DNA from: a virus
Strand: one strand, 5' to 3'
Virus record (IMG/VR): IMGVR_UViG_3300043788_000040
Coordinates: 96,001-160,000 of that record
Length of the DNA: 64,000 nt
This document shows positions 48,785 to 59,619 of this stretch, piece after piece. A model generated the notes under the pieces. It did not search any database and was not told the DNA's origin. It was given only the letters and a program-made list of their open reading frames with translations. Every line of letters begins with the position of its first letter. Position 1 is the stretch's first letter. The position numbers and the translations under genes are program-made.

Positions 48785-48997
48785 CCATGCGACCCAAAGA
48801 GACCGAGATCGCCAAGGTTGTTCGCAACTGCGACGGCTCCATGGACATCACTTTCCGTGACGATTCCAACGCCCGGTACGCAGTGTTCACCATGCAAGAC
48901 GGTGGCAAGATCAAGTTCAAGGACCCCAAAGGGGCGTACCAAGCCAGCAGGCGAGTGGTTGAGGTTTCCATTCGCGGTTGACGGCGTATTAGACTAG

Positions 48998-50980
48998 GTG
49001 CCAGATCAAGAAAATTTCTCCAGTTGCCCTCTGTGGACGGCATACGCGACAGACGAAGGTCTAAAGACCGACGTCCGTCCGTTTGCCGCCCTCAGCAGGG
49101 ATATGCTTGAACGGCTCTACATCATCCGCAAGTGGCCGATTGACGCTGTAAACAATCCCATCCCCCTAAAGCTGCCTGACCTCGTTCGTACGCATCACTA
49201 CGACCCGTTCACGCACAGTCTCACCGATACCCCACTGGTTGTCAAAGAATTCCAGAAGCAAGCGATCCTCCACCTCGTCAGGATGCCTCGGTTCATCCTC
49301 GGCGATGCCGTGGGTCTAGGTAAGACACTGGACGCCCTCGTGGCGTTCGCCTGGCTCAAGGCGAAGAACCCGCAGGCGAAAATGGTCGTCGTCACCACCA
49401 AGTCCACCACGTACCAGTGGGCGGACGAATGCCAGAAGTACACCAAGCTGCGGCCGAGAGTCATGACCGACACGTACAACGGGATGAAGTCCAAGAATGC
49501 CCGCTACGCCCAGATGCGGGACTTCCTTGAAAAGGACGATTACGACATCCTGATCTGCAAGTACGACTCGCTCAAAGGCAACCGCAAAATTATCATGGTG
49601 GACGGTGTGAAGCAGCGTGAACGTGAGTCCGAGGAAACCACGTTTTACAAGGGCATATTCAAGGAGCACCGCAGCAAGCTGGTGCTGACGTTGGATGAGT
49701 GTCACCGATTCCGCAAGACCGGAACCCAGACCCGGCACTTCATCGCCCGTGTCTGCCGTTTCCCAGAGCGTGTGTGGGCACTAACAGCGACAGCCATCAA
49801 GAACGGACTGGACGAATTCTACTCCATAGCGCACGCTATCGGCGTGCAGCCACTCGGCCCGATGACCCAGTTCTGGGAGGAGTACTGCCTGTGGCGTGAA
49901 CAGCACATCGGAAACGGGCGTAAAATCAGGCTGATTAGAGGGTATCAGAACGTCGCACACTTCAAGGAACAGTTGCGCCCTTTCTTCCTTGGGCGTTCAC
50001 AGAAGCAGGTCAACGAAAAGCTCCCTGCGCTGACTACTGTCTATCACCCAATTGATCTTGACGAGAAGCAAGCAAAGTTGCTCATAGAAATTCCGCTGGG
50101 TTTGATTGAGCTTCCGCCGATCTTTTTCAAGGTCGCCGGAGAAGTGTTTGAGAAGGAGCGTGACGCCTCCAACGAGATGACCCAGCTTTCTTGCCAGCAG
50201 CTTGTGGCAAACCACTGGGCACTGCTTGACCGCAACACCCCCGAGACGTTTCTCACAACACAGCTTTCCCCGAAGGAAGATGCACTGCTGGACATGCTTG
50301 ACGGCGAGTACCGGGGTGAGAAGGTCGTGGTCTACACGAAATACCGAAGCTGGATTGATCGCCTCCAGTGGCTCACCGAGAACGGGAAGTTCACCGAACG
50401 TAAGTTCCTGCGCATCACAGGTGCCGAGAATGAAGCTCAGCGCAACGAGAACAAGCGAAAGTTTCAAGACCCCAACTCCGGCTACGATCTGATCGTGGTC
50501 AATGCGGCGGGTATGGAGGGCATCAACCTTCAGCAGGCGGCGCACATGGTCATGCTGGACGTGCCGTGGTCGTGGGGCGATCTGATCCAGCTTGTGGGAC
50601 GCATGGTGCGCATGGCTTCACCACATTCCGCCTGCACGCTGCACATCATGGTTGCCAAGGGAACGATTGACGAGTACGCTATAGACACGCTGCGGGGAAA
50701 GAAGGGGGTCTTTGAGGCCATCTTGGGTAATAGCCACTCGGCTGGTATCCTAGACAGTGGAGACAGTTTAGACTTACAAGCAGGCATGGAGGTCGCCGGG
50801 AGCGACACGGAGTTCAAGAGTTTGCTGAAGGCGTACGCCAAGAAGATAGGCATGGGAAAGTACCTCAAGGGCGACCAGATCACGGCAGCGCAGGATTTGG
50901 AATATCAGATGGGGTTTGAGCGTGAACCTGGCAAGAAGAAGCGCAAGAAAAAGGAGCAAGACAACTCATGGGCATTTTAG
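48998..50980 (+). CDS. SNF2-family helicase/ATPase
   Basis: GDAVGLGKT, LDECH, LTATAIKN, EGINLQ, QLVGRMVR, GTIDE. Confidence 0.92.
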   Translation: MPDQENFSSCPLWTAYATDEGLKTDVRPFAALSRDMLERLYIIRKWPIDAVNNPIPLKLPDLVRTHHYDPFTHSLTDTPLVVKEFQKQAILHLVRMPRFILGDAVGLGKTLDALVAFAWLKAKNPQAKMVVVTTKSTTYQWADECQKYTKLRPRVMTDTYNGMKSKNARYAQMRDFLEKDDYDILICKYDSLKGNRKIIMVDGVKQRERESEETTFYKGIFKEHRSKLVLTLDECHRFRKTGTQTRHFIARVCRFPERVWALTATAIKNGLDEFYSIAHAIGVQPLGPMTQFWEEYCLWREQHIGNGRKIRLIRGYQNVAHFKEQLRPFFLGRSQKQVNEKLPALTTVYHPIDLDEKQAKLLIEIPLGLIELPPIFFKVAGEVFEKERDASNEMTQLSCQQLVANHWALLDRNTPETFLTTQLSPKEDALLDMLDGEYRGEKVVVYTKYRSWIDRLQWLTENGKFTERKFLRITGAENEAQRNENKRKFQDPNSGYDLIVVNAAGMEGINLQQAAHMVMLDVPWSWGDLIQLVGRMVRMASPHSACTLHIMVAKGTIDEYAIDTLRGKKGVFEAILGNSHSAGILDSGDSLDLQAGMEVAGSDTEFKSLLKAYAKKIGMGKYLKGDQITAAQDLEYQMGFEREPGKKKRKKKEQDNSWAF

Positions 50981-51314
50981 AGATACTACTTCCGTTCGTG
51001 TTGCTCGTGCTGGTCATGTTGGGCATCAAAGCCGTGTGGATGTCCGGCTTCGTCGCTGGCACTTTGGGCGAGGCGAAGCTCTGGATTGACAGTATAGACA
51101 GGCTCTTTGTACCGAACTGGCAGTCCTTGCCTGTTGTGATAACGGCGGACGATCAACCTCTGACCCCTGAACAAACCAAGTGGATGAACCAAATCTACGT
51201 GTCGGCTTATGACTTGGCGCTGACGACCATCAAGGTAGAAATCGCTGAGGCACGCCGTGACATAGTAGCAAAAGCGGCAGCCGAGGAAGAGCAGCAGCGA
51301 CGAAGGTTTGAACG

Positions 51315-51641
51315 ATGAGTGATCCGATCAAAGGTGACTTCAATACATTCTCCGAGTTCTGCCACAGGGAAGACCCGGAGCCTTACCCGAAGGGGAAGAA
51401 CGGGAAGTTTCAGTGTCCCTGCTGCCTGCACTTCACCCTAGACGAGGTCGCAGGATACGACATCTGCCCGGTGTGCTTCTGGGAGGATGACGGAACTACC
51501 AGCGAGCACGGCTTCTCACCCAACGGCATATCCTTGGATCAAGGTCGGATCAACTACCTCAAGCTGGGTGCAAGCAAAGAACGGGATGTTCAGTATGTCA
51601 GGAAGCCTACGCCCGAGGAAATTCCAAGTATTAGTGAGTAA
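51315..51641 (+). CDS. CPCC-family cysteine-rich protein
   Basis: CPCC...YDICPVCFWEDDG...PNGISL. Confidence 0.85.
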   Translation: MSDPIKGDFNTFSEFCHREDPEPYPKGKNGKFQCPCCLHFTLDEVAGYDICPVCFWEDDGTTSEHGFSPNGISLDQGRINYLKLGASKERDVQYVRKPTPEEIPSISE

Positions 51642-52003
51642 TGGCTAAAGTCAACAAGCTCGCTCTGGCACGCTTCGCGCTGCGCATGACTATCAACCAA
51701 TTGGATGATAGGGAACTGCTGTGCGTCCTCACCGATCTGTACACGGGCGTCTCTGGCGCTGACCAGCCTCCCCGTTGGTACGGTAATGGCAACGGCACAA
51801 GCGGCCTTGAACAAGGCATCTACAACCACATGACGACGTTCCGTCGTGTGACGAACCTGTGGACGAAGATCAGCCTCCTCCTCGGTGGCGACAAGGACAA
51901 GCTCAAGCAAGAGACCATTCGGGTGCGTGATCTTATCGTGAAGCGGCTCAACGAAAAGGGCGTAGACCTGAAGGAAATTGAGGTAGAGGAGCCGAATGAG
52001 TAA
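51641..52003 (+). CDS. Hypothetical protein
   Basis: GTATTA 13 nt upstream of ATG. Confidence 0.7.
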   Translation: MAKVNKLALARFALRMTINQLDDRELLCVLTDLYTGVSGADQPPRWYGNGNGTSGLEQGIYNHMTTFRRVTNLWTKISLLLGGDKDKLKQETIRVRDLIVKRLNEKGVDLKEIEVEEPNE

Positions 52004-52964
52004 CGCAGTTTCCGGCGTGATGAACGCCCTGAAGGCCGAAACGCTTTTGGAAGGCTCACAGCTTTTTGACCAGATTGAGAAGCTGCGTGCGAATGTCTCG
52101 TACACCACGGTGGACGGGAAGCTTGCTTTTGACGATTACTTCAAGACGCTTGTAGACGCCATTGACGCTATCCCGAAGCTCCAGCTTGAGGATGACGTTG
52201 CCCCCGGAACCGAGACCACCTACACCATTCAGCTTACCCAAGAAGTAGAGCGTATCGTTGACGAATGCGACCGGATTTTCCGCAGGCTGAACCAGTTTGA
52301 AGGGAAGCTCCACGAGGCAGAGCGTCAAGTCCTGAACCAGAAAGCAGAGTTCGTGGCATGGTACATGCTCGCCGCGGCGACCCTGTTGAAGGACTTGGAG
52401 GACATCAAGCTCCCGCAGGCGGAGATTCGCAAGCTGGGCGAGGCTGAGTTCTCCCGACTCATGCACGGACTGGATGTCGCACTCGCAACGTTGCTTGACG
52501 CTGTCAAGATTGAGACCAATCGGGCGTCGCAGCATAAGGCTTCGCAAAAAGAGAAGTACAACCTCGGCAGGGATCAGGCAAACGCAAGTTGGACAAGTTC
52601 GCTCCCGGCGTTCGGCAACGCCTTCACCGAAGACCGTGGCGACGTGTCCGGCGTCCAAGAACTGGACGAAGAAGACGTACCAGCGCAAGTCAAGGCAGCG
52701 CCGAAGGTTTCCATCGGCGACACGCTGCGCATCATCAAGCCCGAGGATGCCGAGATCAAGGGCACGTTCGTGAAACGTGGCGACCCGGCACCAGTCAAGG
52801 TCATCGCAGATAGCGTTCCAGTGCTGAAGGATGGCAAGCCGTACTGCGACATGTGCCACGAGCCTGGTTGCCCGTGGTGCTATCCGAAACCGGAAACGAA
52901 GGTGGCTGTCATACCCAAGTCCCCACGTAAGAGGCTCATTGAAGAAGAAGACGAGGGGCTGTGA
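51996..52964 (+). CDS. Hypothetical helical protein with C-terminal Cys cluster
   Basis: GAGGAG RBS; coiled coil; CDMC..CPWC. Confidence 0.75.
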   Translation: MSNAVSGVMNALKAETLLEGSQLFDQIEKLRANVSYTTVDGKLAFDDYFKTLVDAIDAIPKLQLEDDVAPGTETTYTIQLTQEVERIVDECDRIFRRLNQFEGKLHEAERQVLNQKAEFVAWYMLAAATLLKDLEDIKLPQAEIRKLGEAEFSRLMHGLDVALATLLDAVKIETNRASQHKASQKEKYNLGRDQANASWTSSLPAFGNAFTEDRGDVSGVQELDEEDVPAQVKAAPKVSIGDTLRIIKPEDAEIKGTFVKRGDPAPVKVIADSVPVLKDGKPYCDMCHEPGCPWCYPKPETKVAVIPKSPRKRLIEEEDEGL

Positions 52965-53406
52965 TTAACTGCACCCCAAACCGTGACCGCTGGAAGATGC
53001 TGACGCTCGCCCTGCATTGTGTCGCCCTAATCTCCCACTTGCTTGACTTGAAACATAACCGCATGAGCGTTGAGGAAGACGGTCAGACACGGCTCTTCAA
53101 GATGACGCTGAAGGATCGTGAGGATTTCGTCAAGTTCGCCGCGAACCTGCGCTGGCTCATCACTGACCACAAAGTCGGCGACAAGGACTTCTGGGGTGGC
53201 TACAGCGAGTTTCAGTACACAGACTACGAATTCCGAACTCTCTTTGATCCGTTCTACAGGGAGCAGACGGAAGCCATCGTCACCTTACTGGAAAAGATCG
53301 GAAACGGCGAGGAACTTACCGAGGACGAGGCTAAGACAGCGATAGATTTTCTTCACTTGCTTAACGGTCGTGCCCTTGCGAGAATAGACCATGGAGGATG
53401 CTTCTA

Positions 53407-54045
53407 ATGGCAACCGCAAAGCAAGCCCCGGCTTTCCGCACGACAGTGCATGCCGAGCTTCGACTCGCCACCCTTGAGGTGGAGCAAGGTCATTACCTAG
53501 ACCTCGTTGCGTTGCTCGCGCTGATCCCCAACCCGAACCATCGTAAGTTCGTGCAGATTCTCCACGAACACAAAGCGCAGATCATTGAAGGTTTCGGTTC
53601 CAGCCATAACCACCAAGCGTGGGAGGGCGGCTACCTTGACCACGTGGTGGAGACCATGAACCTCGCCTGCCAGCTTTATCACACGCTGAGCGGGCTTCGC
53701 AAGCTGCCGTTTGCGCTTCACGAGGCGCTGGAAGTCATGTTCCTGCACGACATTGAGAAACCGTTCAAGGTAGGCGACAAGCTGCTGTTCAAGGGGGATT
53801 TGTCACCTGCTACTAAGGGCAACCGCAAGGCGTTCCGTTCCTCGGTCATATACAACTACAAAATTGTCCTGACACCGGAACAAGAAAACGCCCTGCGTTA
53901 CGTGGAGGGCGTGCCGGACAGCGAGTACACACCGGGTGAACGTACCATGGGCAAGCTTGCAGCATTCTGCCATACCTGTGACATCCTCAGTGCCAGGATG
54001 TGGCACGACAAGGGCGCAAATGTCCCTGCTCCTGACTGGGAGTGA
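53407..54045 (+). CDS. HD-domain phosphohydrolase
   Basis: HNHQAWEGGYLDHV, LHDIEK, HTCD. Confidence 0.8.
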   Translation: MATAKQAPAFRTTVHAELRLATLEVEQGHYLDLVALLALIPNPNHRKFVQILHEHKAQIIEGFGSSHNHQAWEGGYLDHVVETMNLACQLYHTLSGLRKLPFALHEALEVMFLHDIEKPFKVGDKLLFKGDLSPATKGNRKAFRSSVIYNYKIVLTPEQENALRYVEGVPDSEYTPGERTMGKLAAFCHTCDILSARMWHDKGANVPAPDWE

Positions 54046-54250
54046 GTATTATTCAGTATGGCTAACCTACTGAATCCGATCTATCTTGATGATGCAATAT
54101 CCCCGGACCCGATCATTTCAGCCGACGAAAGCGAGCTTTTTCAGTCTCTCCATCTTCAGATGTGCGCCGAAACCGGGGCAGACCCGGCTTTGATCAGCGT
54201 CCGTCGTGTCATGGACTGGCTGAATACCACCCCGAAAGTTAAGGCTGCGA

Positions 54251-54724
54251 ATGCGTGATGTTGAGGTTCTCGTCAACAAGGATTTTGAGGGTCCAGACAT
54301 CCTTGAGATGGCTGAGAACATTCCTGAGATAGACGAGACGATCACCGTCTATTGGTCAAACACCCCCGACGAGATCGGCACGCTCCTTCGGTTCCCCAAC
54401 AAGAAATTCATCCTGTATGTCCGTGACTTGCACATGCGTGACCGCACCGTGGAGAAACTTGGTCTTTTTCTCAAGCTGGAAGAGCCTGTGGTCAACAAAG
54501 CGTGGGCATCCCTTGCAGCCCCAAAAGAGTACGATTGGCGCAACTTCTGCAAGCAAAACGAACACGGGGTGTCCACCCGCAACATCCTGCTCAAGCTGGC
54601 GGCAGACTCGCTGCGCAGAGGCAATCGTCCAATCATAGCCGATCTCATTGAGCCGCTTTTCCTCGGCAGGATCAGTATTGTAGATGTGGATGTACTCATG
54701 CGCCTCAGAGGCAGACAGAAATGA
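54251..54724 (+). CDS. Hypothetical protein
   Basis: Overlapping start; coding-like codon usage. Confidence 0.7.
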   Translation: MRDVEVLVNKDFEGPDILEMAENIPEIDETITVYWSNTPDEIGTLLRFPNKKFILYVRDLHMRDRTVEKLGLFLKLEEPVVNKAWASLAAPKEYDWRNFCKQNEHGVSTRNILLKLAADSLRRGNRPIIADLIEPLFLGRISIVDVDVLMRLRGRQK

Positions 54725-55169
54725 CCGAGAAGCCCACTAAATTTGAGCTTAAGATCGCGAAGGTGATCTGCGATGCGCAGGGCGACTTTGATTGGAAGTA
54801 CCTCAAGGACGTGAAGGGCAACCCGTCCACGGCGTATGCCTACTACGACTACATAGAGACGGCACGGAAGGTCATCAAGAAGCTGGGGCTAAAAGCGTGA
54901 CGCTGAAAAGTCGGAAGCCTGACGTGGCGTGGAAGTGGCGCAAGTGGACGTTCGGATTCTGGACTGATCCAGAGAACTGGACGGCGTTCGGCATTGACGT
55001 GGGTCCGCTGGAGATCGTCTGGCGGTACGAGGGGTACAGGCAATGAGCAGATGTCCAACATGCGGCACAGAATTTATTGAGGACATGTGTCCCACTGCGG
55101 TAGCGTACCGCAAGCGCCAGAAGGCACGTCGTGTGCGGGCAGCCAAGAAGGGTTGGCGGAAGAGGAAGA

Positions 55170-55412
55170 ATGCCGGGCTATCACACAGTAGAAATCGCTA
55201 AGGGCGTCCTCGGCAAGAGCAGCAAGATTCAAGAGGAGCTTGACGAGCTTCTGGATGCTGAGAAGCAGGGTGTCAAGATTCTGATCCACTGCGAGCTTGC
55301 TGATCTTTACGGCGCTTTGCGTGAATACGCAGCAACCCACGGGCTGACGATGGAAGACTTGAGGGCTATGGTTGATCTGACCAAGAGCGCCTTTGAGCAC
55401 GGAGAAAGATGA
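55170..55412 (+). CDS. MazG-like all-alpha NTP pyrophosphatase
   Basis: KIQEELDEL...ELADLY (EExxE...ExxD). Confidence 0.7.
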   Translation: MPGYHTVEIAKGVLGKSSKIQEELDELLDAEKQGVKILIHCELADLYGALREYAATHGLTMEDLRAMVDLTKSAFEHGER

Positions 55413-56335
55413 AAACTCTCGCTCAAGAAATGGCGGAAGAGAACGACCGCCTCAACATGCGTATCCGCTACCTCACCACCATGAAGGGCAAGACGTTCAC
55501 GATGGGAGAGGCGCACGCCTTGTGCCAGCAGCGGGACGAAGAACTCAAAGCGCTGAAGGAAAAATATGGCACTACCGAAATATCCTAACCGGGGCTTTCA
55601 ACCCGAGAGGGTGACGTTTGACAGGCTTGTCGTCAGTATGGACGCGGCCGTCTCTGACGCCGTCCTGCACGATCTCGCCGCCGTGCATCGTGATATGCCA
55701 CTGAGAATGAGCACCGTGTTTTCAGAGCACAGTTCTATTGCCCCTCACATGTTGTTTAGCATGCGTGCTTGGTTGCTGAAGAGCATGCACGTTGAGAAGG
55801 GTGCCCGGAAACCGTTCCTTGTTCCTAAGACGTGGTGGGATCACGCCAAGCATGACATGCTGGGCAGCCCGAACAAACGGGTGGTATGGTTCGCAAAGCT
55901 GTTCACCGCCCCGGAATACGACACGATATTCCAAGAGGAAATTTACGAGACTCGTGTCTGCCCACATGACAACACCTACCTCCCCGAGGACAAGCAGCAC
56001 ATTGAGTACCTGCTGTGGAGAAACGATGAGTGACCTCCAACTCATGGCGTCAATCTCCGAGATCGCCCTCGGGCTGGCAGTTTTGGCACGGGTTTGGAGC
56101 GTAATCAAATGGCGATAGACTGGAAGAAAGAACTAAACCTCATCAGACGATGCTGGTGGTGGTGGATGAAGGTAGGCTTCATCGCCGCCCCGTTCGGCGC
56201 AGTCTATGGATGCGTGACGGTGTACCTTGGGCACGAAAGCTTGTCAGTCCTGATCCCCCTCCTCGTCGCAGCCCTCCTCACCATCTACAAAATTCAGGGG
56301 ATGCCTCCGATTGAGTGATGTGGTAGACTTAAATC

Positions 56336-57001
56336 ATGAAGTATGTAGGCACACTTCAGTACGCACGACTTCTTGACGCACGGGAGTACTTTGAGAAGTA
56401 TGGGTACAAGTTTGTGGATGCACCTTGGACAGTGTCACGTGAAGCAGTCCTCCTCACACGCCCGCCGTGGGTGCAGGGCGAGCCTTTCAGCTACGCCGCA
56501 GGCGGTGTGTTCCAGTTCCCAGTCGCTTCAGCAGAACAGTCTTTCATTCAGATGCAGATGGATGCACGGGCAGCAGGCAGTCCGATCACCGGGAGTTACT
56601 GTGCCCTGACGCCGTGCTTTCGCAACGAGGCTATTCTCAACGACCTGCACCAGCCGTATTTCATGAAGCTGGAACTGATCACGTGGGACGGAACGGAAGC
56701 CGACTTGAGCCGAATGATACAACTTGCACGTATTTGGTTTGAGAGCGAACACCCCGGAGATCATCCCGGCGATGACTTGATGCTCAGCATAGTACCGAAC
56801 AACGATGAGGACTCGCTTGGGGTGACGCAGGCTTACGACATCACCACCGCGTTCACCGGGATTGAGCTTGGAAGCTATGGGATCAGAGAACACGCCAAAG
56901 TTGGACGCTGGGTCTACGGCACAGGACTCGCCGAACCAAGATACAGCCTCGCGCTTGAAAAAGAAAAAGCGTTCAGAACCGCCGCACGGAGACCCTCGTA
57001 A
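56336..57001 (+). CDS. Minimal class II aminoacyl-tRNA synthetase-like catalytic domain
   Basis: Motif 1 REYFEKYGYKFVDAP, SAEQ, motif 2 PCFRNE...F.KLE, IELGS, motif 3 GTGLAEPR; no anticodon-binding domain. Confidence 0.8.
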   Translation: MKYVGTLQYARLLDAREYFEKYGYKFVDAPWTVSREAVLLTRPPWVQGEPFSYAAGGVFQFPVASAEQSFIQMQMDARAAGSPITGSYCALTPCFRNEAILNDLHQPYFMKLELITWDGTEADLSRMIQLARIWFESEHPGDHPGDDLMLSIVPNNDEDSLGVTQAYDITTAFTGIELGSYGIREHAKVGRWVYGTGLAEPRYSLALEKEKAFRTAARRPS

Positions 57002-57311
57002 TGTTCGGGATCATAGGCGGGGCAAGGCGGCGAGCGAGGCTACGACGCAGGCCCGCTTTGACCCACGTCAGCGCTCCCTCTTCGGAGAAGGACACGAGAA
57101 TGAACTGGCTGATCAAAGTATTTTACATCGTCACGGGCGGTAGACCGATGAAGCGGGAGTGCTCCGCTTTTTACGATCCCATTGCCAACGAGCCTGTGTA
57201 CTTTTTCCGTGACCGCCTGAACAACGTCCGCTACATGGCGACCCACAAATGGTCACGCTTCCGTGTGGAAGCTGAAAATCAGAATTAGCCTCTCTTAGGT
57301 AGGAGCCTTCG

Positions 57312-58061
57312 GTGAACAACTGGTACGACATCCTCGGCATGAGCCAAGTTGGTCATCGCCTCTTCGTGGGCGGATACGCCCGAGCAGCAGACCTAGCAAA
57401 GGACAACCCCCACAAGATTACTGCGGTTTTGTGCGTCCACCAAGCGATGGATTACCCCAAGAACCCCGACATCGTTTACATGCACGTCCCCTTCGCTGAC
57501 GGCGCGGGCATCCCACCCAAGGCTTTTGTCAAGTGCCTCGGCTGGCTGAAGCACATGTACGAGAGCGGGCACATAATCTACATTCACTGTGCCGCTGGCA
57601 TCTCCCGGTCGGTAACGATCATGGCGTCCTTCATGCACTACGAAGGCATTGCAGACTTTAACGATGCGCTTGACCAGATCAGGATGGTGCGCCCGAACGC
57701 CAGCCCTGCACCGAACGTGCTCAACTCCGCGAAGCAAATGCTTGGCGTGTACCCTTACGACGGGTCGTACGACTCCGAACCGGAGCACCAGAAGACCGTC
57801 CACAGCGACTTGATTGAACAAGTGCAGAACCGTCGTGCGGCCGAACAGCACCCGGACCCGAACTGTCCAATGCGCCAGTTCCTCTTGTCCGGCGAAGAAA
57901 GCAACGTGCCACGCCACGAGATTCCGTGTTCCTGTACGCAGTTGCTTTCGGCTCTGGATCGAGCTAAGCTTGAGACAGCGAAGCAGAGAGAGATAAACGG
58001 GCCTCTGGGTGAACCCGTAGATTTCAACACGCTTCAGAGAAAAGTTGATGACGACGCCTGA
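57312..58061 (+). CDS. Dual-specificity protein phosphatase
   Basis: LFVGG, PFAD, HCAAGISRS, RP.ASP. Confidence 0.9.
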   Translation: MNNWYDILGMSQVGHRLFVGGYARAADLAKDNPHKITAVLCVHQAMDYPKNPDIVYMHVPFADGAGIPPKAFVKCLGWLKHMYESGHIIYIHCAAGISRSVTIMASFMHYEGIADFNDALDQIRMVRPNASPAPNVLNSAKQMLGVYPYDGSYDSEPEHQKTVHSDLIEQVQNRRAAEQHPDPNCPMRQFLLSGEESNVPRHEIPCSCTQLLSALDRAKLETAKQREINGPLGEPVDFNTLQRKVDDDA

Positions 58062-58683
58062 GCAAATTCTTGATGAAGCCTTTGAGACCGAGGGCGTTGC
58101 GCAGAACCACCGCGACGACATCAAGGACTACCTCCACATCCTGAAGAACCGTGATCCGAAGACCTACGAGCACAGTATCCGTGTCGGCGTGCTCGCCAGC
58201 AAGATCGCCCTCTACGCCGCCAAGCCGGGAATAAGCGCCAAAATGATGCTCTGGGCAGGCTTGCTGCACGACATCGGCAAGACCCTGGTACCGCCTGGTG
58301 TCCTGACCAAGACGACGAACTTTACACCGGAAGACTACGCTGCCATGGAGCCGCACGTGAAGTACGGCTGGGACATGCTCAACAGCGTCCACGACTGGAC
58401 GGCGCACGTCATCGTCCGGCACCACCAATTCGGTCCCCATCCTTACCCCGCCGTGCTCCCGCCCCTCCCCGAGTACCTTCAAGCCAAAGCTGAGCTAATC
58501 CAGACCGCTGCCCGCCTGCTTGCTATGGCTGATTACTATGACGCCTTGACGAGCCGGGGCAACGACAAGAACGGGAAGAAGCCCCTGACTCCCAGCGAGC
58601 GCCGGGAAATCTACATGCGGGACAACGCTGACCAGAAGGAACTTGCCGAGCTTCTTGAGTCCATGGGTGTGCTAAAATTCTGA
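58048..58683 (+). CDS. HD-GYP-like phosphodiesterase
   Basis: TYEHSIRVG, GLLHDIGK, HVKYG, RHHQ, ADYYDALTSR. Confidence 0.85.
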   Translation: MTTPEQILDEAFETEGVAQNHRDDIKDYLHILKNRDPKTYEHSIRVGVLASKIALYAAKPGISAKMMLWAGLLHDIGKTLVPPGVLTKTTNFTPEDYAAMEPHVKYGWDMLNSVHDWTAHVIVRHHQFGPHPYPAVLPPLPEYLQAKAELIQTAARLLAMADYYDALTSRGNDKNGKKPLTPSERREIYMRDNADQKELAELLESMGVLKF

Positions 58684-58703
58684 CTTTTCGGTATTAGAAA
58701 GTC

Positions 58704-59135
58704 ATGAGTGAAGTTTGTCCTAAGTGCGGTGAGACCGATCTGTCTAAGTTCTCCAAGAATAAGAGACGACCTAACGGATACCAAGGTTACTGCAAGATTT
58801 GCATGAAGGATTATCGTGCTAATTGGCTAGCGCGAAATCCGGACCAGACAGCCATACGGTTTGGAAGAAGACTCGCTTCTTGGCAAAAGCGGGGCGTGAG
58901 CATCACGAAAGAAGTGTATGACGGAATGCTCAGCAAGCAGCAAAATCTGTGTGCTCTCTGCCATGAACCGTTTGACGAACCACAAGCGCCTGCGGTAGAC
59001 CATGATCACATTACGGGGAAAGTTCGGGCTTTACTACATAAACGCTGCAATGCGGCTATTGGGTTTTTGGGTGATGACCCTAAAAAAGTCCGTTGTGCGT
59101 TGGAGTATCTGGAAAGCCATCTACAAAAGCCATAG
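58704..59135 (+). CDS. Endonuclease VII-like homing endonuclease
   Basis: Q.NLCALC...VDHDHITGKVRALL...CNAAIG. Confidence 0.88.
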   Translation: MSEVCPKCGETDLSKFSKNKRRPNGYQGYCKICMKDYRANWLARNPDQTAIRFGRRLASWQKRGVSITKEVYDGMLSKQQNLCALCHEPFDEPQAPAVDHDHITGKVRALLHKRCNAAIGFLGDDPKKVRCALEYLESHLQKP

Positions 59136-59148
59136 TAGGGGAAATCCT

Positions 59149-59619
59149 ATGGCTATTGAAGTCAAAGCGCCCGGAAAGTACGACGCCTCAGCGCGTTATA
59201 CGATCTTTTTGGCCGGAGCCATTGACCAAGGGAAGGCGGAGGACTGGCAGGCAAAGGTCGCTCGTGCCCTTGATTCATTTGACATTACCATCCTGAACCC
59301 CCGCCGTGACGACTGGGACCCAAGCTGGGATCAATCCGCCGACAACCCCGAGTTCGCCAAGCAGGTAAACTGGGAGCTTGACGCACAGGAAGCGGCCGAC
59401 ATGGTGATCTTCGTGTTCACCAAGGACAGTAAGGCTCCGATCACCTTTCTTGAGTTCGGGCTATTCGCCCCGAAAAAGGACGCTATCGTCTGCGCCGAGG
59501 AAGGCTTCTACCGGATCGGCAACCTTGACATCGTCGCCGAGCGCCACAAGGTTCCGATGTACCACAATTTGGACGAGATGATCGCCGACCTGCAAACCGT
59601 TCTGAGGGAGAAGGTCTGA
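59149..59619 (+). CDS. Nucleoside 2-deoxyribosyltransferase-like protein
   Basis: IFLAGAI, NPRR, QVNWEL, APITFLEFGL, GFYRIGN. Confidence 0.85.
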   Translation: MAIEVKAPGKYDASARYTIFLAGAIDQGKAEDWQAKVARALDSFDITILNPRRDDWDPSWDQSADNPEFAKQVNWELDAQEAADMVIFVFTKDSKAPITFLEFGLFAPKKDAIVCAEEGFYRIGNLDIVAERHKVPMYHNLDEMIADLQTVLREKV

